64,000 nucleotides of DNA from Eubacteriales bacterium (GCA_045580835.1 JAZNOM010000048.1:21908-85907); one strand, 5' to 3'; positions 19,862 through 29,422 are shown, counted from the stretch's first letter. Notes: generated by a model not told the origin, from the sequence alone. Made by a program: numbers and translations.

Positions 19862-21177
19862 TAGTTTCCATTGCATTTATAAACTTCATACTTATGACAC
19901 TATGCGCAAACTGCTTTTTGATTTGCTATAAATATCCGCTTTTGACATTAGTGTTCTTACCTCTTTTTATTGTAGTAAACATAATACCCTCTTTTTCAAG
20001 AAGAGAATTTTACAATTTGCGCCTCAGGATATGTTACCATGGCAACATGTGTTTAAGGCAATTCCTTTGTTCGGCTGTAATCTCAGTTATAATTCACGCA
20101 ATTATAGCAGTTCATTTCTTTCAAACCCAAACTATGCTTTTAATTTCGAGTGCAATTGTGTGCATAGTGATTGAGGCTGTTTTTTTCTGGAATGGCATAA
20201 TATCGCTTTATTGCACATCTGTTCAACTCGGCATTAAACTTCGCGTTATCGGCGCTCTTTGTGGCATGATTCCCATAGTTAATTTGATAGTACTTGGAAT
20301 AATTTTAAGAATAACTTCTTTAGAAATTAAAGTTGAAACAAAAAAGGCTCAATTGAACGAAGAAAGAAAGCATAAAGAAATTTGCAAAACCAAGTATCCA
20401 ATTTTACTTGTACACGGCGTGTTTTTCAGAGACTTCAAGCTTTTGAATTATTGGGGAAGAATTCCCGCAGAATTAAAAAAGAACGGCGCTTCTGTTTTTT
20501 ATGGCAACCATCAATCGGCGCGAGCGGTTGCAGATAGTGCCGCGGAGCTTACGGAGAGAATAAAGCAAATCGTAAACTCTACCGGATGTGAAAAGGTAAA
20601 TATTATAGCGCATTCCAAGGGCGGACTTGATTGCCGTTATGCGATAAGCCATTTAAACGCGGCGCCTTATGTAGCCTCGCTTACGACGATAAATACGCCT
20701 CACCGAGGCTGTAAATTTGCCGATTTTCTTCTCGAAAAAGCGCCTGATTCACTCCGAAAAAGAATAACTAAACTATATAACGACGCTTTTGAAAAACTCG
20801 GCGACGAAAATCCTGATTTTATGGCTGCCGTTACTGATTTAACTTCTTCAACTTGTATTGAACTGGATAAATCTATGATTGCACCGAACGGTGTAAAGTG
20901 TAGTAGTATCGGTTCTATTATTAATCATCCACTGAAAGGCAAATTCCCACTTAGCCTTACATATCATCTTGTTCATTTATTCGATGGACCCAACGATGGG
21001 CTCGTAGGAATAGATTCATTTGAATGGGGTGATTCTTATACTTTATTAAAAACAAGCGACAAAAGAGGAATATCCCATATGGATATTATCGATTTAGGCA
21101 GAGAAAACCTACCCGACTTTGATGTGCGCGAGTTTTATGTAAATATGGTTTCCGAACTTAAAAAGCAAGGCTTGTAA
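19858..21177 (+). CDS. membrane-anchored alpha/beta hydrolase (lipase/esterase family)
   Basis: About 170 aa of N-terminal TM helices, then ILLVHGVFF and nucleophile elbow AHSKGG. The ATG overlaps the trmO stop (ATGA). Confidence 0.75.
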   Translation: MIVSIAFINFILMTLCANCFLICYKYPLLTLVFLPLFIVVNIIPSFSRREFYNLRLRICYHGNMCLRQFLCSAVISVIIHAIIAVHFFQTQTMLLISSAIVCIVIEAVFFWNGIISLYCTSVQLGIKLRVIGALCGMIPIVNLIVLGIILRITSLEIKVETKKAQLNEERKHKEICKTKYPILLVHGVFFRDFKLLNYWGRIPAELKKNGASVFYGNHQSARAVADSAAELTERIKQIVNSTGCEKVNIIAHSKGGLDCRYAISHLNAAPYVASLTTINTPHRGCKFADFLLEKAPDSLRKRITKLYNDAFEKLGDENPDFMAAVTDLTSSTCIELDKSMIAPNGVKCSSIGSIINHPLKGKFPLSLTYHLVHLFDGPNDGLVGIDSFEWGDSYTLLKTSDKRGISHMDIIDLGRENLPDFDVREFYVNMVSELKKQGL

Positions 21178-21201
21178 TTCTAAAGATTTTAGAGGCAAAA
21201 A

Positions 21202-22080
21202 ATGAAACTTACAAAACTTTTTGAAAACAACGCTCTTTCCCTCTCTTTCGAGGTGTTTCCGCCAAAGGTTGATACCGCATTTGAGAGTGTAAAACATGCA
21301 ACCGAGGAAATAGCAAAACTGCACCCTTCTTTTATGAGCGTTACATACGGTGCGGGCGGCGGTACAAGCAAATACACTCTTGATATTGCCGAAAACATAA
21401 AAAAGATGTACGGCGTTCCCACTTTGGCACATCTTACGTGCGTATCTTCCACTAAAGAAACCGTCCATAACAAAATAGAGGCAATAAAAGCAGCGGGTAT
21501 TGAAAATGTCATGGCGCTTCGCGGCGATCTCACTCCCGAGCTTGAAAACTCAGACAGAAGCAAGTGGCATTATCACCACGCAATTGACCTTGTGCGCGAA
21601 CTTAAAGAAAGCGGAATGGATTTTTGCATCGGCGGCGCATGCTATCCGGAAATTCATCCCGAAAGTGCAAATCAAAACGAAGATATAAAGTATCTCAAGG
21701 AAAAGGTTGATGCCGGTTGTGATTTTTTGACAACACAGATGTTTTTTGATAACAATTTGCTTTACAACTTTCTATATAAAATCCGCGAAGCAGGCATTAC
21801 CGTGCCGATTATTCCGGGTATAATGCCCATAACTAATGCAAATCAGGTTGACCGCGCAATTAAACTTTCCGGTTCATTTATGCCGCAACGATTCAAAAGC
21901 CTCGTAGATAAATTTGGCAGCAATCCTGCCGCAATGAAGCAGGCAGGTATTGCGTATGCAACCGACCAGATTATCGACCTTTATGCCAATGGCATTAAAA
22001 ACGTTCATGTTTATTCGATGAACAAGCCTGATGTTGCAGAGAAAATTCAAAACAATCTTTCAGATATTTTGGGCAGATGA
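21202..22080 (+). CDS. metF: methylenetetrahydrofolate reductase
   Basis: SFEVFPPK, SVTYGAGGGT, ALRGD, FFD motifs. Confidence 0.93.
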   Translation: MKLTKLFENNALSLSFEVFPPKVDTAFESVKHATEEIAKLHPSFMSVTYGAGGGTSKYTLDIAENIKKMYGVPTLAHLTCVSSTKETVHNKIEAIKAAGIENVMALRGDLTPELENSDRSKWHYHHAIDLVRELKESGMDFCIGGACYPEIHPESANQNEDIKYLKEKVDAGCDFLTTQMFFDNNLLYNFLYKIREAGITVPIIPGIMPITNANQVDRAIKLSGSFMPQRFKSLVDKFGSNPAAMKQAGIAYATDQIIDLYANGIKNVHVYSMNKPDVAEKIQNNLSDILGR

Positions 22081-22640
22081 ATACTGTATTTACAAAGAAC
22101 TATAGCGAGCCAAGTTTTGCTCATAATGAGATTTTAAGGTATGCGGCAAGCAAACCTACCGAAGAGATTAACGCGCTTTTATATGACTGTTTAAATGAGC
22201 TTTGCGGCAAACTTTCATATCGCGTTTGCTACATTGAGTTACCGCTCGGCACACACTTTTTAAATGTAAATTCAGAACTGCTTGACGATTATCTCGCAGA
22301 TTGTGAAAAATACGTGCTTTTTGCTGCTACTGTCGGAATAGAGATAGATAGACTCATTGCAAAATATACAAAAATTTCTCCCGCGAAAGCACATATGTTC
22401 CAGGCAATCGGTGCAGAGCGTACCGAGGCTCTTTGCGATATGTTTTGCAACGATATAAAAGCGCAATATTTGCATACGAAACCGCGTATCAGCCCAGGAT
22501 ATGGCGATATGCCGCTTGAAATGCAAAGGGAAGTGTTTGAAATTCTTGATTGTTCCCGAAAAATCGGAGTTTCACTAGGCGACAGTCTTTTAATGTCGCC
22601 GTCAAAATCTGTAACAGCCTTTATTGGAGTGTTAAAATGA
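22077..22640 (+). CDS. methionine synthase activation (AdoMet-binding) domain protein, encoded separately
   Basis: C-terminal RISPGYGDMPL...LMSPSKSVTA resembles the MetH reactivation domain. Overlaps both neighbours by 4 nt. Confidence 0.75.
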   Translation: MNTVFTKNYSEPSFAHNEILRYAASKPTEEINALLYDCLNELCGKLSYRVCYIELPLGTHFLNVNSELLDDYLADCEKYVLFAATVGIEIDRLIAKYTKISPAKAHMFQAIGAERTEALCDMFCNDIKAQYLHTKPRISPGYGDMPLEMQREVFEILDCSRKIGVSLGDSLLMSPSKSVTAFIGVLK

Positions 22641-25030
22641 ATGTTTTAGAATTTTTAAAAGATAATATCGTAATACTTGACGGCGGAATGGGAACGCTTT
22701 TGCAAGGCGCAGGACTTGCTGCCGGAGAGCGTCCCGAAATATGGAATCTCGCACATCCCGAGGTTATACAAAAGATACATTGTGATTACTATAATGCCGG
22801 CAGTAATATTGTAAATACTAACACCTTTGGCGCTAACATTTTGCATTTTTCCGCCGATGAGCTTGACCAAATAGTAAAAGCGGCAGTTGAAAACGCAAGA
22901 ATAGCGGCAAAAGTCAGTGAAGGTCAAAGTAAAAAGTATGTAGCACTTGACATAGGTCCCACCGGAAAACTTTTAAAACCGTATGGCGACTTTGAGTTTG
23001 AGGATGCCGTTGCAACTTTTGCCGAAACTGTAAAGCTAGGCGTAAAATACGGTGTTGACCTTATCATGATTGAAACCATGAACGATAGCTATGAAACAAA
23101 AGCTGCACTTCTTGCAGCAAAAGAAAACTGTAACTTACCCGTTTTCGTTTCAAACGCTTACGGTGAGGACGGCAAACTTATGACCGGAGCAACACCAGCT
23201 GCAATGGTAGCCATGCTTGAAGGCATGGGCGCAGACGCGATTGGTGTAAACTGTTCTCTTGGTCCCAAGCAGCTTTCGTCTGTGGTAAACGAGTATCTCA
23301 AATACGCTTCCGTTCCCGTGCTTTTAAAACCCAATGCAGGACTTCCCAAAAATGTTGACGGTAAGACCGTATATGATGTTTTACCAAGTGAATTTGCGCT
23401 TGATGTAAAAGAGCTTGTTGAAAATGGCGTGCGCGTTGTCGGCGGTTGTTGCGGTACTACTCCAAAGTATATAAACGAACTTGCCACCGCGATTAAAGAA
23501 TTAAAACCGAAGCCGATAGAGGAAAAGAGTATTTCTTTTGTATCGTCATATACGCACGCCGTAGAGTTTGGCAGTTCACCTATTCTAATTGGCGAGCGCA
23601 TCAATCCAACCGGCAAAAAACGTCTTAAGCAAGCGCTTAAAGAAAATGACATTGATTATTTGCTTTCCGAAGCCATAAATCAGCAGGACAAGGGTGTGCA
23701 TGTCCTCGACGTAAACGTTGGATTGCCCGAGATTGACGAAGTGGCAATGCTTAAAAAGGCAACTTTTGAAATTCAGTCAGTTTCTAATCTGCCTTTGCAA
23801 ATTGATACTGCGCTACCTGAAGCTATGGAAGCGGCGTTGCGTATCTATAACGGCAAAGCCATGGTAAACTCGGTTAACGGTAAAGAAGAGAGCATGCGTG
23901 CAATTTTTCCGCTTGTAAAAAAATACGGCGGACTTGTTGTCGCTCTTACGCTTGACGAAAACGGAATACCGTCAACCATAGAGGGAAGAGTTGAAATCGC
24001 TAAAAGAATAATAGCAACCGCCAAAGAATACGGGATAAAGAAAAAGGATATCATCTTTGATACCCTCACAATGCCGATAAGCGCGGATGTCAACGCGGCA
24101 AACGTTACTCTCGGTGCTTTAAAAGTTATCAAGGACGAGCTTGGTTGCAACACATCGCTTGGCGCATCTAACGTGTCATTCGGACTTCCAAATCGCGATG
24201 CGGTAAACGGAGCCTTTTTCTCGCTTGCACTCGCAAGCGGACTTGACGCAGCGATTATGAACCCCTATTCAGCTGAGATGATGAAAACATATCATACTTT
24301 CCGTGCACTTCGCGGAATGGATGAAAACTGTGCTGAATATATTGCGTTTGCCGAAAACTTTGTTGCTGATACAGTTTCAACAACCCAAAATGTAACGGAA
24401 AAGAATGATGAGTTTAATTCGCCACTTCAGCGTGCTATCGTGAAAGGCTTAAAAGAGCAGGCGGCAAAATTTACAAGTGAACTTTTGGCAACTTCTCCTG
24501 CACTCGAAATAGTACAAAGTGAAATAATCCCTGCGCTCGATATTGTCGGCGTAGGTTTCGAGAAGAACACCGTTTATCTGCCGCAACTTTTAATGGCGGC
24601 AGAGGCCGCAAAGAGCGCATTTGATGTTATTAAAGAAAACATGGCGCAAAGCGCGGAACAGGCCGCTTCAAAATCAGCAGTAGTTATAGCAACTGTCAAA
24701 GGCGATATCCACGAAATCGGTAAAAACATTGTAAAGCTTTTGCTTGAGAATTATGGATTTGCCGTAACCGACCTTGGTAAAGATGTTGCTCCTGAAGCAA
24801 TTGTAGAAGAAGTTGTCCGATGCCATGCCCCGATAGTAGGTTTGAGTGCCCTTATGACAACTACTGTTCCGGCAATGGAAGAAACTATAAAACAGCTTCG
24901 CAAAGCGGCTCCGTGGTGTAGGGTTGTGGTTGGCGGAGCAGTTCTCACCGAAGAATATGCGGCTCAAATCGGCGCTGATAAATACGCCAAAGATGCTATG
25001 GAAACCGTCAGATACGCAGATAGTTTGTAA
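22637..25030 (+). CDS. metH: methionine synthase (Hcy-binding, pterin-binding and B12-binding modules; no activation domain)
   Basis: LDGGMGT, GGCCGTTP (Hcy/Zn), pterin-binding block, B12 motif GDIHEIG. Start is the ATG at 22637 (MNVLEF), overlapping the upstream stop. Confidence 0.93.
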   Translation: MNVLEFLKDNIVILDGGMGTLLQGAGLAAGERPEIWNLAHPEVIQKIHCDYYNAGSNIVNTNTFGANILHFSADELDQIVKAAVENARIAAKVSEGQSKKYVALDIGPTGKLLKPYGDFEFEDAVATFAETVKLGVKYGVDLIMIETMNDSYETKAALLAAKENCNLPVFVSNAYGEDGKLMTGATPAAMVAMLEGMGADAIGVNCSLGPKQLSSVVNEYLKYASVPVLLKPNAGLPKNVDGKTVYDVLPSEFALDVKELVENGVRVVGGCCGTTPKYINELATAIKELKPKPIEEKSISFVSSYTHAVEFGSSPILIGERINPTGKKRLKQALKENDIDYLLSEAINQQDKGVHVLDVNVGLPEIDEVAMLKKATFEIQSVSNLPLQIDTALPEAMEAALRIYNGKAMVNSVNGKEESMRAIFPLVKKYGGLVVALTLDENGIPSTIEGRVEIAKRIIATAKEYGIKKKDIIFDTLTMPISADVNAANVTLGALKVIKDELGCNTSLGASNVSFGLPNRDAVNGAFFSLALASGLDAAIMNPYSAEMMKTYHTFRALRGMDENCAEYIAFAENFVADTVSTTQNVTEKNDEFNSPLQRAIVKGLKEQAAKFTSELLATSPALEIVQSEIIPALDIVGVGFEKNTVYLPQLLMAAEAAKSAFDVIKENMAQSAEQAASKSAVVIATVKGDIHEIGKNIVKLLLENYGFAVTDLGKDVAPEAIVEEVVRCHAPIVGLSALMTTTVPAMEETIKQLRKAAPWCRVVVGGAVLTEEYAAQIGADKYAKDAMETVRYADSL

Positions 25031-25200
25031 AATTACAACACACTTGACAACATCCGCAACCATGGCATAATACTCTTGAATTGTAGTTAGCTTAAGTAGG
25101 AAAGTATGCATGGGAAAACGGTTTAAGTTTTCGGTCACACGGATACCACACAGAACCGTCCCCTGTGTATACCTTTATATGAAATAAAGGGAGGATAATT

Positions 25201-25614
25201 ATGAATTATGGTGGCGCAATAGGATGCGGAATATGTTTAATTTTACTTCGTCCAATTTCAGCATTTTTTGTATTAAGCGCTACTGTTCGTTGGATTCTAC
25301 GTAAGGATAATAGCAATACATATATTCGCAAGTTAAAAAAATCTGCAACGGGAAAAGAAAGGTTCACATATATGTGCTATTGGAATGCAGAATCATCAGA
25401 AATTCCTTTGCTTAGATTTTTTATATCATTACGTCTGTATGGAATTATAACATGGTTATTTCCTTTAATAGGTGCTTTGTTTTTTTATAATATAGGGCGC
25501 GGGGATTTAGGTGAACTTGGAATTTATGTGGGATATGCCTACGATCTTTTTGTACAGCTTCCTGTCGCCATGTTTACTATGAGTTTGCGCCCTGATAGAA
25601 AACATAAGAAATAA
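25201..25614 (+). CDS. hypothetical small membrane protein
   Basis: 137 aa with predicted TM helices and GGGAGGA RBS 6 nt upstream. No recognisable family. Confidence 0.5.
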   Translation: MNYGGAIGCGICLILLRPISAFFVLSATVRWILRKDNSNTYIRKLKKSATGKERFTYMCYWNAESSEIPLLRFFISLRLYGIITWLFPLIGALFFYNIGRGDLGELGIYVGYAYDLFVQLPVAMFTMSLRPDRKHKK

Positions 25615-25707
25615 CTTAAAGCACACGGAGCACACACGGAGCATGTTTTTGCGTGGGAGCACATGGGAGCACACAGGGAACGGTTCTGTGTGTTGACTAA
25701 CGAACTT

Positions 25708-25808
25708 GTCATCCTGATGAGCGAAGCGAAGAAGGATCTGCGGACGATAGTCCGTCTTATTTAAGAACTCGCTATGCGAGTCAGATTCTTCACTTCGCTT
25801 TGAATGAC
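25708..25808 (+). ncRNA. candidate structured RNA element (multi-hairpin, strand uncertain)
   Basis: Outer stem GTCAT/ATGAC plus GCGAAG/CTTCGC plus GAAGAA/TTCTTC plus ATCTG/CAGAT. It encloses hairpins CGGAC-GATA-GTCCG and ACTCGC-TAT-GCGAGT. Confidence 0.3.
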
Positions 25809-25899
25809 ATATAGAAGCGAGCTTGGCAGCGTAGATTAACGAACACATAGTGGATGTGTTTGTCCCCTGTGTTTGATTCGTCTGTTTTGAGGTGATAAA

Positions 25900-26214
25900 A
25901 TGGATAAATTTAATAGAGCTAAAAAGAATACAGTATTATTTGCTATAATTGGTTTTTTCGCATTTATAGGTTATGTTATAGTTTATGACAAGACTGCTAT
26001 ATTGGATAGAAGTTATTTGATTGCTGCATTAGCAAGATTTGCATTATGCTTACCCTTCTCACTCGTTTTGATTAATATTGGGAATATGATTAAATATCAT
26101 TCTGAAGAACAATCACGTTATTTTTTTGTAATGAATTTGAAATTCATCGGTTGGGCGTTGCTAATTGGAAGTGCCGTAATAGTTATTTTTAATTTAATCA
26201 CAATGATGCTATAA
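25900..26214 (+). CDS. hypothetical small membrane protein
   Basis: 104 aa with 3 predicted TM helices and GAGGTGA RBS. Confidence 0.5.
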   Translation: MDKFNRAKKNTVLFAIIGFFAFIGYVIVYDKTAILDRSYLIAALARFALCLPFSLVLINIGNMIKYHSEEQSRYFFVMNLKFIGWALLIGSAVIVIFNLITMML

Positions 26215-26318
26215 CATTCAAGGATAACACAGGAAAATAACAATAACACAGTGGATGTTTTTGCGAGTAGAGCGACGGTTAAACAACAAGGGTGTATCTC
26301 TCGATACACCCTGTTTTA

Positions 26319-27173
26319 TTATATTGTTCCTGTTACTGTGAGGACTGTTACACCCGGTTCAACTACTACAATACCTGTAGCGGCATCTTGAGTATAGGTT
26401 GCAGCAGGAACTGTTATTCTGCCTGCAACTGTTGCAAAAGCACCGGTTGCTGCATCATAGGTGTAATCTGTGCCAGGCACAAGTGCTTCGCCGTCTAGCG
26501 TTACACTTTGAATGTCAAGTATGGGGTCAAAATTGTCTGTTACAATTACATTATCAGTAGCAACGGCGGCGGTATTACCTGTATTGCTGATAGTGAAAGT
26601 ATAAGTCAATGGACCGTTACCGACTACAGAAGTCGGAGCAAGAGCTTTGGTTATTGTAAGCATTGGTTCATCGACTGTATTTATTATTTCTGTAGCAACT
26701 ATAGGCGTTGTAATTCCGCTGCCGGTAATTGTAACGGTATTTACAATACTTCCGCCGGTGTCGAGTCGTGCAAATTCGTTTACTGTTGCGGAGTAGATAA
26801 GCAGGGCATTGCCTCCCGCCGGAACATTGATACCGCTTATCGTAAGCGGTACGCTGCCGGTAACGGTGGGTGCTGCCTGCAGAGCGCCGTTTATAAAATA
26901 GCGAATTGTGCCTTCTTCGAATGTAAGAGGTACAAGTTCGGTTTCATTAAAAACATATTCGCCGAGGTTATCAGTAATAGTAAGGTTAGTATAAGGTGCT
27001 ACGCCGGAGTTTACGATGCTAATAATATAGGTTACCGTATCACCGGCTCTGTAGCTTTCAGAAACAGCAGTTTTATTTGCAGAAAGAACTTCAAGCAATT
27101 CGCCCGTAACAACATTTGAAGTTGTAACATTGTTATTATAGTACAAAGTTGCTTGATTTGTAAAAGTTGGCAT
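26319..27173 (-). CDS. DUF11 / conserved-repeat-domain protein (three Ig-like repeats)
   Basis: Three repeats of the pattern (Y/T)TFTISNTGN / YIISIVNSGV ... TDN(L/F). T/V/N-rich, Cys-free, with no signal peptide visible. Confidence 0.7.
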   Translation of the reverse strand: MPTFTNQATLYYNNNVTTSNVVTGELLEVLSANKTAVSESYRAGDTVTYIISIVNSGVAPYTNLTITDNLGEYVFNETELVPLTFEEGTIRYFINGALQAAPTVTGSVPLTISGINVPAGGNALLIYSATVNEFARLDTGGSIVNTVTITGSGITTPIVATEIINTVDEPMLTITKALAPTSVVGNGPLTYTFTISNTGNTAAVATDNVIVTDNFDPILDIQSVTLDGEALVPGTDYTYDAATGAFATVAGRITVPAATYTQDAATGIVVVEPGVTVLTVTGTI

Positions 27174-27277
27174 GCTAATTCCTCCTGTTGGAATATAGAG
27201 ACAAACGTCTCTATATTCAGTATATGATATCTATAAAAATAATGAAAACTATTTGTCGAAAAAATATCAAAAAACTA

Positions 27278-27307
27278 TTGACAATATCTAAATAATAATG
27301 TTATAAT
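27278..27307 (+). promoter_or_regulatory. sigma-A promoter of the rplU-prp-rpmA operon (about 85-nt leader follows)
   Basis: TTGACA (27278-83), 18 nt, TATAAT (27302-07). Confidence 0.7.
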
Positions 27308-27394
27308 AATTTGCCGCATGAAATCGGGCTTTTTTAAGTGCGTGTAAACGCCGCCCATATTCAGCGAGTCATAAATGAAAGTGAGGTGCTTTTC

Positions 27395-27706
27395 GTGTTT
27401 GCAGTAATCGTAACTGGCGGAAAGCAGTACAAGGTCAACGAAGGCGACATTCTCTTTGTAGAGAAGCTCGACGTTAACGAAGGCGACAAAGTTACATTTG
27501 ACAAAGTGCTTGCTGTATCCGGCAACGCAGGTTTTGTCGTAGGCGCTCCCTATGTAGAAGGTGCATCCGTTGTTGCAAATGTCGTTAAAAACGGCAAGGG
27601 CAAGAAGATTGATGTTATCAAGTACAAGGCAAAGAAGAACGAGAAAAAGAAGATCGGTCACAGACAGCCTTACACCAAGGTTCAGATTGACAAGATCAAC
27701 GGCTAA
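27395..27706 (+). CDS. rplU: 50S ribosomal protein L21
   Basis: [13 protein letters not shown]... The GTG at 27395 is 6 nt after GAGGTG. Confidence 0.95.
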   Translation: MFAVIVTGGKQYKVNEGDILFVEKLDVNEGDKVTFDKVLAVSGNAGFVVGAPYVEGASVVANVVKNGKGKKIDVIKYKAKKNEKKKIGHRQPYTKVQIDKING

Positions 27707-27712
27707 TTTTCT

Positions 27713-28063
27713 ATGACTAAAATCGTTTTCTACAAAAGCGGCGACGTTTTTTACGGCTTTGAAGAGCAGGGACATACCGGATACGGTGAAGCAGGTACTG
27801 ATGTACTTTGCGCAGCGATTTCCTCGATGTCCATGCTTATTATAAATGCCATTGAAGTTGTGTACGCTTCTGATGTTGATTATTCCATTGATGAGAAAAC
27901 CACGGACATTAAAGTTATTGCTCGCGGTGCCATTGAGGATGATGACGAAAAGAAGAGATATGCAATTTCGGGACTTATTACCGCTTACTACTATCAGTTA
28001 AATGATTTAACTGAAGAATATTACGATTTTCTCGAAGTTGAAGCGCGTGAAATGCCGATATGA
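27713..28063 (+). CDS. prp: ribosomal-processing cysteine protease Prp
   Basis: [18 protein letters not shown] motif (His/Cys dyad), located between rplU and rpmA. Confidence 0.9.
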   Translation: MTKIVFYKSGDVFYGFEEQGHTGYGEAGTDVLCAAISSMSMLIINAIEVVYASDVDYSIDEKTTDIKVIARGAIEDDDEKKRYAISGLITAYYYQLNDLTEEYYDFLEVEAREMPI

Positions 28064-28094
28064 TTCGGCGGAAAATTTAATGGAGGTTGCTATA

Positions 28095-28373
28095 ATGTTG
28101 AAACTCAGTTTACAATTCTTCGCTCATAAAAAGGGTGTAGGTTCTACAAAGAACGGTCGTGACAGTGAGTCTAAGCGTCTTGGCGTTAAGAGAGCTGACG
28201 GTCAGGCAGTTACAGCCGGCAATATTCTTGTTAGACAGCGCGGCACAGCAATTCATCCCGGTAACAATGTTGGTATCGGTTCTGATGATACTTTGTTCGC
28301 TCTGATCGACGGAAGAGTAAAGTTCGAGCATATTTCCAAGTCCAAGAAGTGCGTTAGCGTATACGCTGACTAA
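28095..28373 (+). CDS. rpmA: 50S ribosomal protein L27 (with cleavable N-terminal extension)
   Basis: [24 protein letters not shown]... Start is the ATG at 28095. Confidence 0.95.
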   Translation: MLKLSLQFFAHKKGVGSTKNGRDSESKRLGVKRADGQAVTAGNILVRQRGTAIHPGNNVGIGSDDTLFALIDGRVKFEHISKSKKCVSVYAD

Positions 28374-28381
28374 TTGGTGAA

Positions 28382-28408
28382 AGGTCGGGAGCAATACCCG
28401 ACCTTTTT
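28382..28408 (+). terminator. intrinsic terminator after rpmA
   Basis: ggtcggg agcaata cccgacc followed by TTTTTT. Confidence 0.85.
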
Positions 28409-28506
28409 TACTGTTTAAAAAATTGTGTAATTTTTTTCATCAAATTAAGATTGTACATTTGCCCCACGCATTATATAATATATGTAGAAACAAATAGGAG
28501 GTCATT

Positions 28507-29406
28507 ATGACACTTGTAGTATTGGCAGCCGGCATGGGCTCGCGATATAAAGGTTTAAAGCAGATTGACCCTATAAGCAAAGCAGGCGAGTTTATTATAG
28601 ACTTTTCTGTTTTTGATGCAATTAAAAGCGGCTACACCAAGGTCGTATTTATTATCAAGCGTGATCTCTACGAGGTATTTAAAGAGTCTATCGGCTCTCG
28701 CCTCGAAAAATATATTAAAGTTGAATATGTATTTCAAGAAAAGCAGTTTCTTGACGGTGTAGATATTCCGGCAGAACGTGTAAAACCTTTCGGCACAGCG
28801 CATGCGCTTCTTGCATGCTATGGCGTTGTAAACGAGCCTTTTACTGTTATTAATGCGGATGATTTCTACGGCGCAGACGCATATAAGTGTGTTTCCGAGT
28901 ATTTAACCAACAATCCTAAAGATGACAAGTGCCATTTTTGCATGGCGGGCTACGAGCTCGGCAACACCTTAAGCGAAAGCGGATATGTTTCACGCGGCGA
29001 GTGCTTTGCCGATGATAGCGGTTATCTCACCGGCATTGTTGAACGCACAAAAATTTGTGCAAAAGATGGCGGTGCTGAATATCTTGACGGGGAAGAGTGG
29101 AAACCGATTTCCACCGATACAGCTGTGTCTATGAACTTCTTTGGCTTCACTCCCGAGATAATTGAGTATATAAAGGACGGATTTGTAAAATTCCTTCGCG
29201 ACCCCAAAACCGACCTTTTCAAAGACGAGTATTATCTCCCACACGCAGTAACACAGATGCTCCGTGACGGACTTTGTGACATAAAACTTCTTCGCACAAG
29301 TGCCAAATGGTACGGTGTTACATATCCCGAAGACAAACCCCATGTAGTAAATGAAATTGCAAAAATGATTTCGTCCGGTGAGTATCCGGACGGTTTATGG
29401 AAATAA
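28507..29406 (+). CDS. sugar-phosphate nucleotidyltransferase family protein
   Basis: N-terminal LAAGMGSRYKGLKQ (GxGxR nucleotidyltransferase loop) and NADDFYG. Upstream TTGTAC-17-TATAAT. Confidence 0.8.
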   Translation: MTLVVLAAGMGSRYKGLKQIDPISKAGEFIIDFSVFDAIKSGYTKVVFIIKRDLYEVFKESIGSRLEKYIKVEYVFQEKQFLDGVDIPAERVKPFGTAHALLACYGVVNEPFTVINADDFYGADAYKCVSEYLTNNPKDDKCHFCMAGYELGNTLSESGYVSRGECFADDSGYLTGIVERTKICAKDGGAEYLDGEEWKPISTDTAVSMNFFGFTPEIIEYIKDGFVKFLRDPKTDLFKDEYYLPHAVTQMLRDGLCDIKLLRTSAKWYGVTYPEDKPHVVNEIAKMISSGEYPDGLWK

Positions 29407-29422
29407 TCCAAGGAGGAAAACT

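Noticed and set aside
25713-25735. CUGAUGAG followed by a short GCGAAGC stem and GAAG looked like a hammerhead ribozyme core
   Set aside because: The second conserved strand reads GAAG rather than GAAA. The nucleotide at the 15.1 position would be G, not A. No convincing stem I/III with a UH cleavage site can be drawn, so this is most likely chance within a larger hairpin.
25507-25848. 113-aa minus-strand ORF across the structured intergenic region
   Set aside because: It has no RBS, overlaps the end of the 25201..25614 ORF, and spans hairpin repeats. It is more likely non-coding.
26508-27119. 203-aa plus-strand ORF
   Set aside because: It lies entirely antisense to the DUF11 repeat gene, is Cys/Tyr/Asn-rich with atypical composition, and has no RBS.
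27308-27394. Possible L21-leader regulatory RNA upstream of rplU
   Set aside because: The position is right for the Firmicutes L21 leader, but I could not draw a convincing conserved fold by eye (only a weak GCC/GGC hairpin before a T-run). It needs an Rfam scan.
27275-27775. 166-aa minus-strand ORF
   Set aside because: It lies antisense to rplU and its promoter, and the ribosomal protein gene is unambiguous.
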